A stretch of 64,000 bases of DNA from Trichoplax adhaerens (taxonomy: Eukaryota; Animalia; Placozoa), in the NCBI RefSeq assembly GCF_000150275.1, contig NW_002060947.1:2920621-2984620 (forward strand), written 5' to 3'. The first letter of the stretch is position 1; every line of letters begins with the position of its first letter. The position numbers and the translations under genes are program-made. The notes under the pieces were generated by a model that made no database searches, was not told where the DNA came from, and worked only from the letters and a program-made list of their open reading frames with translations. Below are positions 27,035 to 42,000 of this stretch, in pieces.

Positions 27035-30000
27035 CCTAAAAAGAAGCTTCGTAATGGTATAGCCTTAATATATTACATAATCAATTTAAATTATTCTAAG
27101 AGCAAATACTACAACAATATTGCAAATATATCTCTCGGTTAGATAGAAAAACTCTGAACTAATTCAAGTTGAGCCGTCTAAATATTGTTTGCTAGCAACT
27201 TGAATAAAAACAGAAGCTTTCTAGCTATGGCACTTAGTCGAATACACATTTAAACTGAAGAGGACCGTATAATATTCATACTCCACAGATTGTATGTTGG
27301 AAAGTAAATAAATATTCATAGAATAGTCCTCTCAATTTGTCGAAGGCTTTTTGTTACCGCCTACCGGTAGTTGGTAGTTACAAATGAAAAGATGTGATAG
27401 ATAAATTATACCCCATTTTAACTGCGAGAGCTCTTCAAATGGTTTACGACAAATGAAAAATGATTGATCTCTACGTATTATAGGTTAGTGAATTAGACTA
27501 CAGTATTACTCAATCAGTTAACTGATAGTATTCCCGGTTCATTGTTGGCTAATATCCTATAGATCAACAATTCATTCTCGGCGGAAGTCAAGCCAAATGC
27601 GTGGGGTATTGAATATGAATAGCGCTCGCTTTAGTTCTTTTCCGAAAGGGTGGATCTAAATACCTATCGTAGTAAATTAATCTGTACATATCGCCGGAAT
27701 AGAACTTTATTTTGCAATTACCGTAAAGCGTGCGTGTTTTTCAATTTTTGTGCGCTTAATTGAAAGATATAGGGACAATAATTGTTTAGTACTAGCGGTG
27801 TATCATTTTTAAATAGGCACTAATGTAAGAATGAACACTGTATTACATTTTTCATCAAAGTTTACTTTCTATCTTAAGCATTGAAATGATACCACAGTCA
27901 ATCCAAGCAAGTGCTTAGTAAAATTGTCCTTAAACAAACCGTTATATGAACTCGCTTTCTTTATCAACATACTTAAAATCGCTCAAAATAGAATCTCCTT
28001 ATTGAATCCTTTCTTTTGCCGAAAACAGGGTTATTAATATCATTTAATTTTAACATCTTAGAATCACGATAAAGTAAGCTATAGTCACCATCATCATTCT
28101 ATGGCTTGTTATTTATGTTCTGGCTTTACACATAACAGATGCTGAAGTTGATGGGGAAATTGAAGAGAAGATATCCGGAATTTAAACACGTTAATAAAAT
28201 AGAAAAACAATCGGCATTACATTGTTATTGACAAATAAGTTAAATATAGCATAGCGAACAATACCATAATGAAGATATTTCACATGGTTGTGTTAAATAT
28301 GGTCGTTACCGTATCACTTTCGGCCATCGCATAATTGTTACATCATTCATAGATTACGTTATTTTTGGTATAAAAAATGAATTTCCGTTATTTAAAGTAA
28401 ATTGATTATTTTCAGTCTCTTCGAACAGAAAAGGTGATATTGACATTGCTATGTAAGGGCTAGCAATGCTCTGATGTTGCTTACGTTGAGTTAGAGTTAA
28501 AATAGTAAAGTAAGAACACATGTACTGTATATGTATGGTAAAGTACGCGAAGTATAACGGGCGAGGGACCTGCTAGCATACTAATAAGAGTGACGTCTTG
28601 ATGATTTTATGGAGGCCACGAAATAATACAAAAAATGCAACTTAGTCCATTATTAAAGAATGTTTTTGATATTACTCTAGTAACCTGCTATGTTACATTG
28701 GCAATAGCTATTAAATTGGATATAAATAACCAATTATCTGACGATATACAAAAGCTTCTTCAAAGGCTATGTAGTTTTCTATCTTACTTTATTACTTATC
28801 TATCAAATTATGTGATTGCTGTATTTACAACAATTATATAATATACGCTACTTTAAAAATTCAAAGTTTAACTCTTAAAAGCGAGCGATATGTCACGATT
28901 TAAATAACACAGATATGAGCATATACTGAGTGTAAAAATCAGCTAATATTATTGGAAATCTCATTCTCATAGTCGTCAATTAATGGCAACTTTCACACCA
29001 AAGCAGCAATCTTTTATGGGTTGTATTTCGACTGTTACAGTATTTGTTTTAAGAATAAATTTGATAGGTTTAAGACCATTAATTGCGCTCAATAATATCA
29101 GCTACGTGATAGCAGTAGAGTGCATACCCGCAATTTGTGGCTTCCAAATATACGCAAATATAGCATAACAAACTTATCATGGACTAATTAGTGCCAAATA
29201 TTGATACTGGATTAGACTAAGCACCGCAGTATGTACACTTGTACAGTAGGCTTCTAGAATTGAATATAGTTAGGAATTCCTCACCTAGAGAATCTTTCGA
29301 ATCTTTCTTAATGACTCACATCTGCAATTTTTAATCATAGTATGTACAGTATTTTAGCTGTATCATTTATTGTTTATCTAGTATCTGATATTTGAACTAG
29401 TTACAGTCATGGAACTACTGTACACTGTACAGTAGTATGTCAAAAATACTGGGTACGATCGGTAACTTTGTGAAGATAAACTGTGGGGTACATTCTGTAT
29501 ATCCGCAGTGTAAAATCCAAAGCAAAATATGGAACTGGTAGCAGGCTACATTATGAACGTTGCTGCAAATGTAACTAGATGGGAATAGATATTCTCTATC
29601 ATTCATTTGTCCGACCCGCCTACAATTATTCATTGTCTGTGTTCAATAACTATAGCTCACCCAAGTAAAGTAACTGCGCATACTTTACGCATTAAATATG
29701 CATTTATTGATATCTCGTTGATATCATGCAACGCACAAAAGTCAAAGAAGAAGTAAAAGATATTAAAATGAAGGTTAGATTATGAAAATTGCTTATAATA
29801 ATCTCCTATCATAAGATTTTTAACAGATATACACAGATTCCATATTATTCAATGTTACATTATATTTCTACTATTTATCCAAGTCAAGCTTATTGTACTT
29901 TTTATCAGTAGAATAAACATGTTTATCTATCAAAAGGTTCTTAGTTTATGTTTACTGCTACAATAGTACTATTTTAAGGTCATAATTTTGATACAAATGC

Positions 30001-30072
30001 ATCTTGCTAGTATATATATACAATAATTCAAACTACATCTTAGTTTAACTGACGTAATATTACTTAGGATAA

Positions 30073-33000
30073 CTATAACGATTTCATCAAATTAAGTTTA
30101 GACTGCAATAGTGGCCCTCCTTTAATTGGTGATGAGACTCCAGCAGTAGTTAATTTTAGATTTTCCTGTACGAAATTACGCCTTCTATGGATAAGTGAAT
30201 GACTAGTTGCATGGACAGTGCTATGGCCTGAAGGAGGGACATAGTCTTTGGGTAAGCCTTTAACTGCATAAGTCCATTCCATATTCTTCGTCTATAATGG
30301 AATAGAAATATAGCAAAATATAACTACATTTTAAACATCTACATGCTTAACAAAAAATTATTATAAAAGATAAGCAAACCTGAACAATTAATTTAGCACG
30401 ATGTGTTCTGCCGTAAGTGGAAGGTTTATAGGTAATTGTAAACGCTGTTCCTTGAGTTCCTAAAGGCAGTAGTTCCCCATACTTTGGAAATACTGTGAAA
30501 GCAGCATCAGAACGATGCTCGAAATACGCCTCAAATGGAACTGGAAATCTGTAGTAAATTTTATATTTGGTTATTTAAGGTGTATAATCATAATCAGCGT
30601 ATTGTAATTTCTGTTCGGTTACAGTTAATTGTTTGGATATCCAACATTGTAACTTACTTTTCTTGGCTATGCAAATGGAATGTAATAACAGATTCTTTAT
30701 TTAATCCAACAGATTCAATTGATATGGTATCATCAACTTGTGGTGATGATGCTCGAAATTTTAAAGGAAATTTCCAAACTCCACGTTTCTTAGCAGTAAC
30801 CACTAATTGGACCGTTGCGCTGGAGTACGATCATAGTTAATAAAGTATTTTAACGTTAGATTAGAAAGACATAAGATAAATAAACGAAATTAAGAAATGA
30901 TGTAAACGTAGTAATACGAACTTGAATGGCTTGAAAGGTGCAAAAATTAAATGAAATACCAATCGGATTGAATTTGTCGAAGAATTAATAATTTTTCGGA
31001 TCAAACTTAGACCTACAGCTTGTTCAATTAAAGTCTTATTAGCATCATCTGCATAAACAAGCCTATATTCGAAGTCTTCATTTAACATGATCTCATCATC
31101 CATTAAAAATGAATCTTGAGGTGACGGTGTTATTGCTCTAGTCAACAAAGTATGGTTTTTCTCTTCAGTTGCTGTTTCTGCTTGATGATTTAAGGTAATC
31201 TCTAGTCTCTCTTCTATGCGACTGCGTGATTGGCAATGTACAACGGCACCGTTTGAATCAACGGTAACTAATTCCGGTATTCCAAATATTGGAATGTGCC
31301 ACTGTAAATGATCAAACGGATTGCCTGCATCATCAACAAATGGCACATCTTCTTGCCTCTTAACATTAATACAGCAGGTTGTTTCAAAGAATGTCATATT
31401 CTCAGGTGCAAAGGTAAAGGGTATTTCCAGAGTTCCTTTAGCTTGTAAGGTAATATTATGAGTATGCTTCAACAGCAACCGAAATACGGGCTGTTGTACC
31501 GCAGGATTATTGCTATTATCTTTGTCAATCAGCTCCACAGTAACACGCAGTGGCTCATTAAATGGGTTATGAAATGGTAAAATTAGCGAAGCGCTAGCTC
31601 CAAGTAACGAACTGACATAAACTGGATCGACTTTAGATGGGACTAAACCATAGCCTTTAACACTAAATCTCCAGTCACCAATCTAAGTTGTCAAATTGTA
31701 AAATTCATGAACGCAAATTTTATCAATACCCAGATGGCTAGATTGTTACATTGAAATATCATGCTACTAATAAATGTAAATGGATAAATAATTGTACAAA
31801 TTTTTCTTATTTCGCTCTCATACCTCGGTACTCTTGAAATTGATGACGGCCATCTGATTACATAAGCCAAGCATGGAAGGTACAAATTCTAATGGCACTT
31901 CGATAGAAGACTGAGCATCTAAAGTAAACTGAAATTTGTAATGTATTGATTAGGATATCTATAACATTTTAATTAATAATATTACAGATTGATAATTATA
32001 CCATACTTCCTCGTTTAAAGGAATATCAAGGCGGAAAGAGCTAGTATTCGAGCACTGTGGAGTAAGATGTAAAATTTCATCGGTTGGGTTTTGCAGTTGT
32101 ATCATTTGCTTGCAAGACCTAAATACGGGTATTTCCAAGTATATATAAAGACAATTAAGATAGCACAACTTGCTGACAGATTATTTTTCGATCAATAGAA
32201 ATTAAAATTAAAATGGTTACTAATTCTTACTTTCCAAGTTCACATTTCATATCTTGCAATTGCGTCGGCTCAGGAGGCAATGCATTCAATTTCAATTCAT
32301 ACCAAAATTCTCCTATAATTTCATTCTGGAATAGAATGCTATAAAACGCATTGATACCCAATTAATTTATTAATATAGATACCGATAATGACTTTGAGCG
32401 GGTTATATAAAAATCTTACTTAAAATCGTCATTGTTAAGTTTATAAACTGTAGCTCTATTACCTTGCACTGAACGTTCCAATTATGGTTGGTGAGTATAT
32501 GACTCGAAATTTAGTTGATTCATTTGATTGAAGGCGCAAATTATCGGCAGCACTTAAACACTGTGAATGAAGGATTTGGACTTGAAAATTGATGTCGCTA
32601 TCGGTAGGGTTTGCAATTCCAATTTCTATCGCGCAGGAACTTTGTACAGCACAAGAAACATCAAAAACTTTTTCTGGTGGCGGGGGATCAGCGTTAATTT
32701 CTACGGCATACCATACTTTATGACTACCAATGGGCATATCCATTAGTGTATTTAATGCTAGATCATCTGCTTTATTTGGTAGGTATGCTAATTTGGTTTC
32801 ATCATTATAAGATGATAATCCATGATTTTCACTGCCCATGTCGCTGTTTTCATCACTATTTTCATTAGATTCTTGTTGGTCTATTGCATAAGCTTTACCC
32901 CTAAGAAATTGAAAGAGTTTTATTGCCCTTAATCCTTATGAAGTAAATTCAACAAACTTCATTATTTAAATTACACGCATCGTTAATTCATTCGAACAAT

Positions 33001-36000
33001 TTTATATTGCGATAGTGATTCTATTTAGCCTGTGAATATAGCGTAATTAGAATTAATTAACTTACATTGGAAATATTTCTGATTCTTCAGCGATGAAAGA
33101 TATTATCCCTTTATGCTGTCCTCGACGCAACGGAGTGACAATGAATTCGTAATCAGCATCTTTACCAGGACCAACAGAAACTTTACCTGGTCCAGTTACA
33201 CAAGCTATGTCGGTAACAACCTGCATAGATAATTGTTTGACATAATCTTCCTTCTAAAGTTATCGAATAATAATGTAAATATACTATTTCAGACTCCTAT
33301 ACCTTGAATGTTACCCATTTCCTTGAAACGTTGGGGATGCGTATCACATGCGTTAGACTAATACCATATCATCAAAAACAAATAATTTAGACGTAAAACA
33401 AGTAATAATCATAATTATCTTAGCTTTACTAATGCAGTGCTATAATTAAATAAGGATATTACCTTTTCCTAGCTTGACATTTTAAGACGATCTCGTCCAA
33501 AGCAAGAGGTTTTTCACCAAATCCTTTCAGATTGAAGATATGAGTATTGCCATCTTTTTGATTGCTTAAAACCAATCGGCCCTATATTGAGTCAAAATTT
33601 AACGGAAATTAGCCAATAAAATTAAAATGAAAATAAATATAGCGAATTTTGTATATAATATAATGTGTTATTCATACCGTAGTAGTATATTCATGAGTTG
33701 GCCTGAAATATACTGGAAAATAGGTTGTCATGAATGATTTAGCTACTAAATGAGAAGGTCCAACGAAACCTTCTCCAGATAATTTTGCTTCGAGATACCA
33801 ATCCTCGATTGTATAATTTGCCTGTGGAAAATAGTTGTTAACAGTATCGATTAGTACAAACATCATTATTTTAAATAATAGTGCGTTATATTCGAAAATA
33901 ACAATTTAATAGTAATGTTTGGTATTTATAACTTACAATAGGAATCTCCTGTTTAATTGATTGATATGCTGGGCTGTGAAATTCCAGATCCGCAGCTGCA
34001 ACCGTAGCGGTTACGGTACACTCAACTTTTAAGACTCGAATATCATACTTCGAGAGTAAGATTACTTGGCAAGGGTAGTGGCCAGCACCATGAGGCTCGA
34101 ACTTGATAGGTACGCTTAATTTATCTATTTTAATTAAATAAGCAACGCTGTACCATTAGTCATACTAATTGCTAATCAAGGTAGAATTGGTCTAAAGAAT
34201 TCACATATTTGCAACTGCCAAATATACTCTACTCATACTTTCTTATGATAAGCTTCAGTTATGAAGGACATTTCTTAATCGATGGTGAGATTAAGAGATA
34301 TGTATTCATTTATGAATGTAAATATAATCCAGGTAGAAGTATGTTTATAGTCTTACGTATAAATTTCAATTTTAACTATCACTAATTTTATCATCTATGC
34401 TTATATATCTGGCGCATAGAGATCAACGAAAAAGTTTTCTTAGGTAAGTACTTGAGACTTACTTTTATCATGAGGTGAAGATTGGGCCAAAATAGGAATA
34501 GTAGTAGGAGTTGAGAAGTACTTTGAACTGACTCGAACCTGATATTCACTTTCCGGTAATTCCTCATATCCTGCTGGAGCATTTTTAAGCTTCATGGCGG
34601 CTACACCTGCTAAAACTGTACAGCTCCGTAGAGTTTTTGTTAATTTGCGCCTCTCTATTTCATCCTGAGACATTTGCTGTTTAGCAGCAATAGCTAGTGC
34701 TTGCTCACGTACTGTATTAACTATAGGCAGCTTAATAACTTCATTTAGTTTTTGATCTGCGTTACATCTCCAATAAATAATAGTAGGATCCCCACCAAAT
34801 AAGCCTTGACCGCGCCCTGCAGCCGCTGCACTACTTATACGGACACTTCCAGGTATGCTAACAAATGGTACGACAGAAGGTAAAGGTAAAGTCGCCATAG
34901 TTCGGATTAAATATAAAAATTCGCCAACAACGTTATTCGCAAGTAAAACGGAACAAGTATGAAGACCTAGATGGAAAGGTAAGAATTCTATTTCGATTGT
35001 TGTTGATTCGTTGGGGTTAAGGTAAATTTGTTTGCTATTAGACCAGAAGGCTTGCAGCTGTTCATGTTTAGACGATTTTAATTCTGCTGGACTTGTATCT
35101 ACCCGATCAGTCATTAAACGAGAATGATGTGATGGTCCCGCTTGATCGCAAGATTCAATTAGCATTAGACGAAATAAAGCTCCTTTATCGAATGGGTTGC
35201 TGATAGTTAAAGTTAGAGGCTTAACTTCAAAGCAGGGAGATTCCGTCGACAAGGTGTTTATCGGTTTAATGATATCAATTACCGCATTCATCTTAAAGAC
35301 TAATGTTGATGCTTGTGAACTACCCAAACGTCGTCCAACCAAGACTAGACTTGCTTGAGCAGCGCGTAGAAATCGACTCTTAAAGGCTACTTCTAGATCG
35401 ACCTTTTTATGTGGGGCAATTTGGATATGATTAGAATGAACTGAAAAATCTTGAGCATCCTGACCAACAATATTAATGCTGTAATGTAATGGCTTAGTGC
35501 TAGGGTTTTGCAAGCGGATTTGCCTAAGAATCGTGCTATGCAAAGCTCCTTGAAATTCTATGGTACTCTTTGATTGATAATGAGGTAATCGATCAAATAG
35601 GAAAGTAGTTAACATCAGTAATGAAACTGGATTGGGATTCATAATGTCGCTGGCTTGGATATCATATTCGAGACCAAGGCTTTGAATTGCGTTAATAATA
35701 TGGATCGCATTGTGTAAGCATTGCTGTGTATTATTGGGATTAGTGTATAACATTTTTATGTAAGTAACATTTAAAAATGGCGCGTAAGCACCTAAAACAC
35801 AAGCTAAAACTAGTCCATCCATTAAATCATCACTAAAATTGACAACCCATCTTGCTGCAGGAGTTTGATCTGGCCAAATTTCATGTCTTTGCTTTTCGAA
35901 ATGATAATTTAACCAATCCAATAGGATACGTTCCGACATATTGTAGATATTGCTTGCTAAAGGATCTGGGTTAATAGCGTCCAATCGTTTAGTACCGTCA

Positions 36001-39000
36001 ATTAATGCAATCTTTTTATATCGGCGTTGCGTGACACGATTTAAGATGAAAACTTTATGCAATTGTAGTAAAATGTGCGTCCAAGAACGTATCGAAATTC
36101 GCTTAAACTGCTCTAAATTGTAAGAATATTGGCCAGTTTGTTTGATCCAACTCTCATAACATTGGGGTTCCAACAAATATTCGGCTCGAATTGAGCCAAC
36201 CATACCACCTTGTGTTCTTAAAAACGTCAAAAGGGTCGAATATTGCCAATGTAGATGTGCTGCTTTATCCATTAAATTAGATGGTAGAGGAGAATTAATT
36301 GGAATACCAGGCACATGTCTACCACATAAATGATGAATTAAATCGAAAATGGTTTTAGATTCTCGCTTTCCATTACTACTTGATTCTAGTCGACCTGCAC
36401 GTGTAACGCTGCTACTCCGTGCAATAGATATATAACACGATTTAGGCACAATTGTTGGTGATATTCCGCCAGGCCAACCATGAAATGAGTACCACCTTTC
36501 TACAGCTTTAACTGCTTTAGCTAAATAGCTATGACTGGTATCAGTGGCGGCATGTCTATCACGCCGATCGATTTCGTCTTCATCCTCATCATCGCCCTGG
36601 TTGTCAATAATGTTAAGATTGCTCAATGTGATTTCGGATTCAATACCTTCATCACCTTCAGTAAATGGTGTAATATTGTCGAATATTGAACTAGTATTAT
36701 CAATAGATTGTTCGTGATCTGATAATGCTTCACATTTTACTAAAATTGGTTCAACAAAAGGTAAAGGGGAATCTTGCTGATTTCGGATTATATGATGGTC
36801 TTTATTTTTGGATGCGATGAACGGATAAGCAGTCAGTAGGCAATTTTCACCAGTCACGGCAACATTTAAGGTATAGCTAAACAGCAGAAAGGAATTACGT
36901 TTATTCGCGCGTTAGATTTACTATAGTTGTTAGTAACAGTAGTACGCTTGTAAAACGTATTTCTATTCTATTAGATTAAAGTTGCTAAACTTTTAAAACT
37001 GTTTATTACTACCTTACCTATTTCCAAAGGAATCCTTAAATTGTATCGGTATAATAGTTGAAACTGGCTTGCTCGTTTGAAATTTAATGATGAAAGGAAG
37101 AGAAGAATTATCACATTCGGCTTTATTTTGAACATGCCCCTGGATCAATCTACCCTTCGGAAATTCAACGCATAAAACCTGAGCTAGACTACCGTCTTCC
37201 AATTCACATTCTGGTATAAAACATTCAATTTCTGTATCCCTGCAAAGCATTAATGCGATCTATTAAAAATGCGATAATTTTATTTTGGTTTTAGCTATCG
37301 TCCATATTTACCTATTAAATCCACTGGCAATTAGAGCACACGAAGCTACCACTTCAGTCTCAATAGGAGCTGGGCTTAACCAGACTTCTCTAGGTTCAAA
37401 CTCTATAACTGGTGCTCTTAGCTCTCCATGTAGCATTAATTCACGCAATGCCTGCCGTTTGTTCCTAACGCAAACCGGTAGCGAAGCGGAATAGATACCA
37501 GGTCGAGCTAATGATTATAAATTATTGTAAATCAAAAGTGTAAGGTCATTAACGTTGGCAAGAGCTAGAACTTGATCTATAATGAGTAAGCTAACTTAAA
37601 TCTATGATAAATAAATTTTACCTGGATTAAAAACAATTCCAAGCAGGCTACTTTCCCCTGGTTTTAGATTTCCATTTTCGAACTGATTACCATCTTTATC
37701 CAAGAATTGGAACGCTTCTAACTGAGGATTGGTAGCCGTATCAATATCCAAGAACCACTCTAATTCATCATCAGTACAGTTGGCGACCATACAGCCCTGA
37801 AAGGTAGCAATACATACTATTATCTATCATTCTGATTTTAAGACCTAACGTAGATTCTAGGTTAACATTTGCAGATTTTAAAGGACATCTATTCCTATCT
37901 AGTAGGATTTAAGAGTATTATTATTAGCTGAAATTGATAAGTTTGTGTTATTATTAGCTAGTACCTGTAGAGGTTTATCCATTTGTTCTTCACTAGTATA
38001 TTCTGCACTTAGTAAAAACTCTACGTGAGTGTGAGATAATTGCAAAAGAGGTCGTAAAGCAGTTGCCAGAACATGACGCTTCGGAGTGGCTAACTGAGTT
38101 AGGGTGGTAGGAGTATCAATACGTGGATAACTATATTTCGATGTAGTTGGCGTTGGTGGTAGTGGAGATTGGGGTGGAGAAGGGGGATTTATTTCGTTAA
38201 TTGTAACCGGGAGATAAAAATCGTATGATGCAACCTAAACGAGATTATTTTAAAAGTGTCATTCTTAAAAGATCTAAATTTCAGTACTATAATTGCGTAT
38301 TGAATTGACGGCTGAATTTACATGCTACATTACTTCTTGTTTCTAGTAAATTATATTTAAGATCGATTAGCTATTTATTCTAATATGTCTACCTCTGATG
38401 GATAAAATTGTAGTATATAGCTGATGACTTCATTGCCGTTCATACTTATCGTATATAAATTTTGATTCCCATCCTCTCTAATCAATTTCTCTAGGAAGGC
38501 AAATAGAAATGGATATTAATATTAATGCAAGGAGTAAATACTTGAAGATAATTATGGACTAGATAGTATTAACTTAACACTACAATGATAGTAAGTCAGA
38601 AAAGTAGACACTCTCTCTTTGATAAGTATGAGAACCTTAGTAAGCGTACCTCCAGATTCAATTATAAATAATGACAAACACTAACAAGATAAATGATAAG
38701 AAAATAATGAAATTACCTGGATTAGTTTGTGAATCGCACCGAATTTTAAAGTCTCGAAATCTACTCAAGTCGATTGCAACTTTAACCGGTGTATTTGTCT
38801 AAAGAAGAAATTTCCAAGGAGAATTTGTTTGTACGCGTATAAATGATATTAATTGCAAAATTTATAATTCGTGAAGTTGAGATCAAATGAATATTTATCT
38901 CATCTTTTACCTTGTTGACCAACTTAAATGATTCTTCACCAAAAGATCCACAGTGGATACCACCAAAATAGAATTGTTGCTTTGGGAATTATTAGTAAAT

Positions 39001-42000
39001 AGCAATGAAGAATAAGACATATCCACCACGAATAATAATACAATCAAGCATCTATGCTAACCCCGAATGTTGACTATCATCCTCATACAGCATAACTGCA
39101 TTGGGGTGTGCAACTCTTTAGCAATTTATAAGTTAACGTACTTTATCAATGTCAACGCGGGGTTCTTCAACACGTCCTCCAACTCGGAGTGAAATGGTTT
39201 TCCATCCGCGAATCTTAACATGTATGCTTGTATCGAATTTCTGAACCACTGTCGGAGTAAAGTCCACCTGAGAAAAGAAAAAAATTTACAATGTGCTTGC
39301 ATAATTTACTGCTGTAGATTTATTTTCTGAATACGTGTAGAAGACGGATATTTTGCAATTAAACTTAACTTTCTATAGATGAGGCTCAGATGCTTTTAGA
39401 AGCATGATATAATGCTGTTAAACTCCTCTGTCAGCTAGTCAATATTATTTCTACTTTATATCCTGATTAACATGTGGGCAAGGGAGGCACCAATACTTGT
39501 ACCTCCCTGTATCATGTGTTCAGGTATCACTGATTATACATTGGTAGTCATATCTCATATCTGTATCACTTCTACGTTAATATGAGAATAATTTAGAAGT
39601 AACCACATTTCTTTACGTTAGGATTTACAGAATACTAGATTACTTCCTGACTATACGAGTATTGCTTAATTATAATGCTATACATTATGATGTACTGTAA
39701 CATACTGATATCAATTACATATTTTGTTGAGCTCATAATTACTAGGAGAATACAACCACTATACTAATTGGAGACTACAGATTATAATTATCAAGTGCTC
39801 ATTTGGATGTACAAAAAGTAGATCACACTTCAATTTTGTTAATGGGAAACGGTAAATGCTGTTGTAGTACTGAACCCTATTACCGACCTAAAAGCATTTT
39901 TCTCTTAAATTGACTGGATGTTTCGTTATCTCATGTTAATGCTATACGTACATTATGACATATCTATTAGAAGCTAATGTACCTTAATTTCTGTATATCC
40001 TCCTACTGCAACTAATCCAGATATTGGTGTGATAGTCATGCCTTGGAAAGGATTTGAGTCTACCACCTGTTACAAAATTGTCAAAGTGATAATATTTTTT
40101 AGAATAGAATAGTAATTTAACATGGGCAATATATTTTAGGCATGCAAAATAATGTATTTTACAAATTAATTTTTAAAAATTTATGGTACTATACTTCAAA
40201 ATGAGCATGATGCTGTCCGGTATTTTGCAGTAGAACAATTTTAGTGGTAGTTAAGTGAAGAGGTACCGAACCAAATAAAAGCCTTCTTTCTACAAAAGCG
40301 CACTGAGCTTGCCCAAACTGCAATAAATAGATATAAGGTACATATGTAATCGTATATCCTTTACTAAAATCGAAATGGAACCGTAATCTCGATATAATAA
40401 TAACTAATTAATCAATACTTGCCTCACAAGTGCATCTTAGTAATGAATCTGCACCACCTTTAACGGATAGCAAAAACTCTACTTCAGTCGAGGATCTGTA
40501 TGTTGGATGACAGATAACTTCACATGCAAGGGTGGAAAATGCTTCAACATAGCCTAGTGAACATGAAACTCAGATTATTGCTTAAGTAAAATGAAAGTAA
40601 GTGACTTTAATACTGAATGCAAAAATATAATATTGAATACCAGTGGCGGGGCTGATGTAGTAAGTTGGTTCTCCGCCTCCTGAGTTGTTTAAAGTCCATT
40701 TAAATTGTGCTGGATAATTGCGCGGATTAGTCACATAGACTAATTCTCGAATACCTTTATAAAAAATATCACCAATACATAAATGTTTTAATAGCTTCTA
40801 AAGCTAATGGCAGTTCGATTCTCAATTAATTGTAAACCTGCATGTGCTGGCTGTCCAAATTTGGGTTTCAATACAACTTTATTAGTGGACAATTGTAAAT
40901 CGACACTAACGACATTGGCGAATAGCACAAGATGTTTCATATGCTTGCGATTAATGTAATAGGTAATATTACTAGAAGAAAATTGAAATGCACTTAAGAC
41001 AGGGTTGATAAGATTTAAGCATTTCGAGTGCAAATAATTTACTGATATAATATATGATCGAAATATATCCATTTAAAATATGTACAATATAGGCATAGCA
41101 TACCGATGATAGCTTCCAAGTTGATTTGCCTCAAAAATACATTCAAATTGCGCTACACATTTAGGAGGTATAACTTGAGATGCAGGAAATGATTGCAACA
41201 TTTCAGGGCAGTTATCGAACTATACAAATGGTCGAAATACAATTAACTATTGTGCGAATGTCGTTAATTAAGAAAGCGAGTTTGTGGACTAGTACATAGT
41301 AAGCACATAATACATTTGTTAATTCACTTACTTCTAAAGAGAACAGAATATGGTTATCCAGATTATTTGCAACCCGGAGATATTTAGAATTAGTGGATTG
41401 TTGACAAACTTCTCCATAATCTAACGTTCCTGGAGCTAAATTATAGTTAAACACAAATAAATAATATAAAATAGTTAATGCCGTGGATGTGACATATATA
41501 CATATATCGCACTGTCTGGCTATGTTGTGATTCAGTAATGTTTATCATAGCAATGACATTGAGCATCATTCGGTAATTAGAAAGACGTGTTATCCTATGC
41601 TCTACTTATAATTAATTTTAAAATTAAATTTTAAAATGAACGGGAAAAAATTTATTTATGTAGTGGTTATGGAATTGATTGATTACTATCATGTCAATTC
41701 CTTACCTAATTTAATCAAATGTATTTGAGCAGGCATTAAAGTCCTTGAACAATCGCTGATTTCTTCTTGTGTCACAGGTATAGTTCCCAAGCCTAGCTTT
41801 AGGGCCTATAATGTTATATTAAGTTTAGTTGATCATAACATCTCATTAAGATCAACATTTATTGACTGCTTTGTTCACTCATTATAAGTACCTCTTCGTT
41901 GCCCGTCATATTATGGCAATAATCGACAATTTTATTACTTAAGACCATATGATTTTTTTTCGGTTTTTGATTTGAGGCTGGCGTAATACCAGTAATAAAA

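Noticed and set aside
28040-29600. Possible small plus-strand exons (~28139, ~28416) and a Cys-containing stretch near 29550
   Set aside because: No coherent frame; the Cys spacing does not fit an insulin/relaxin A-chain.
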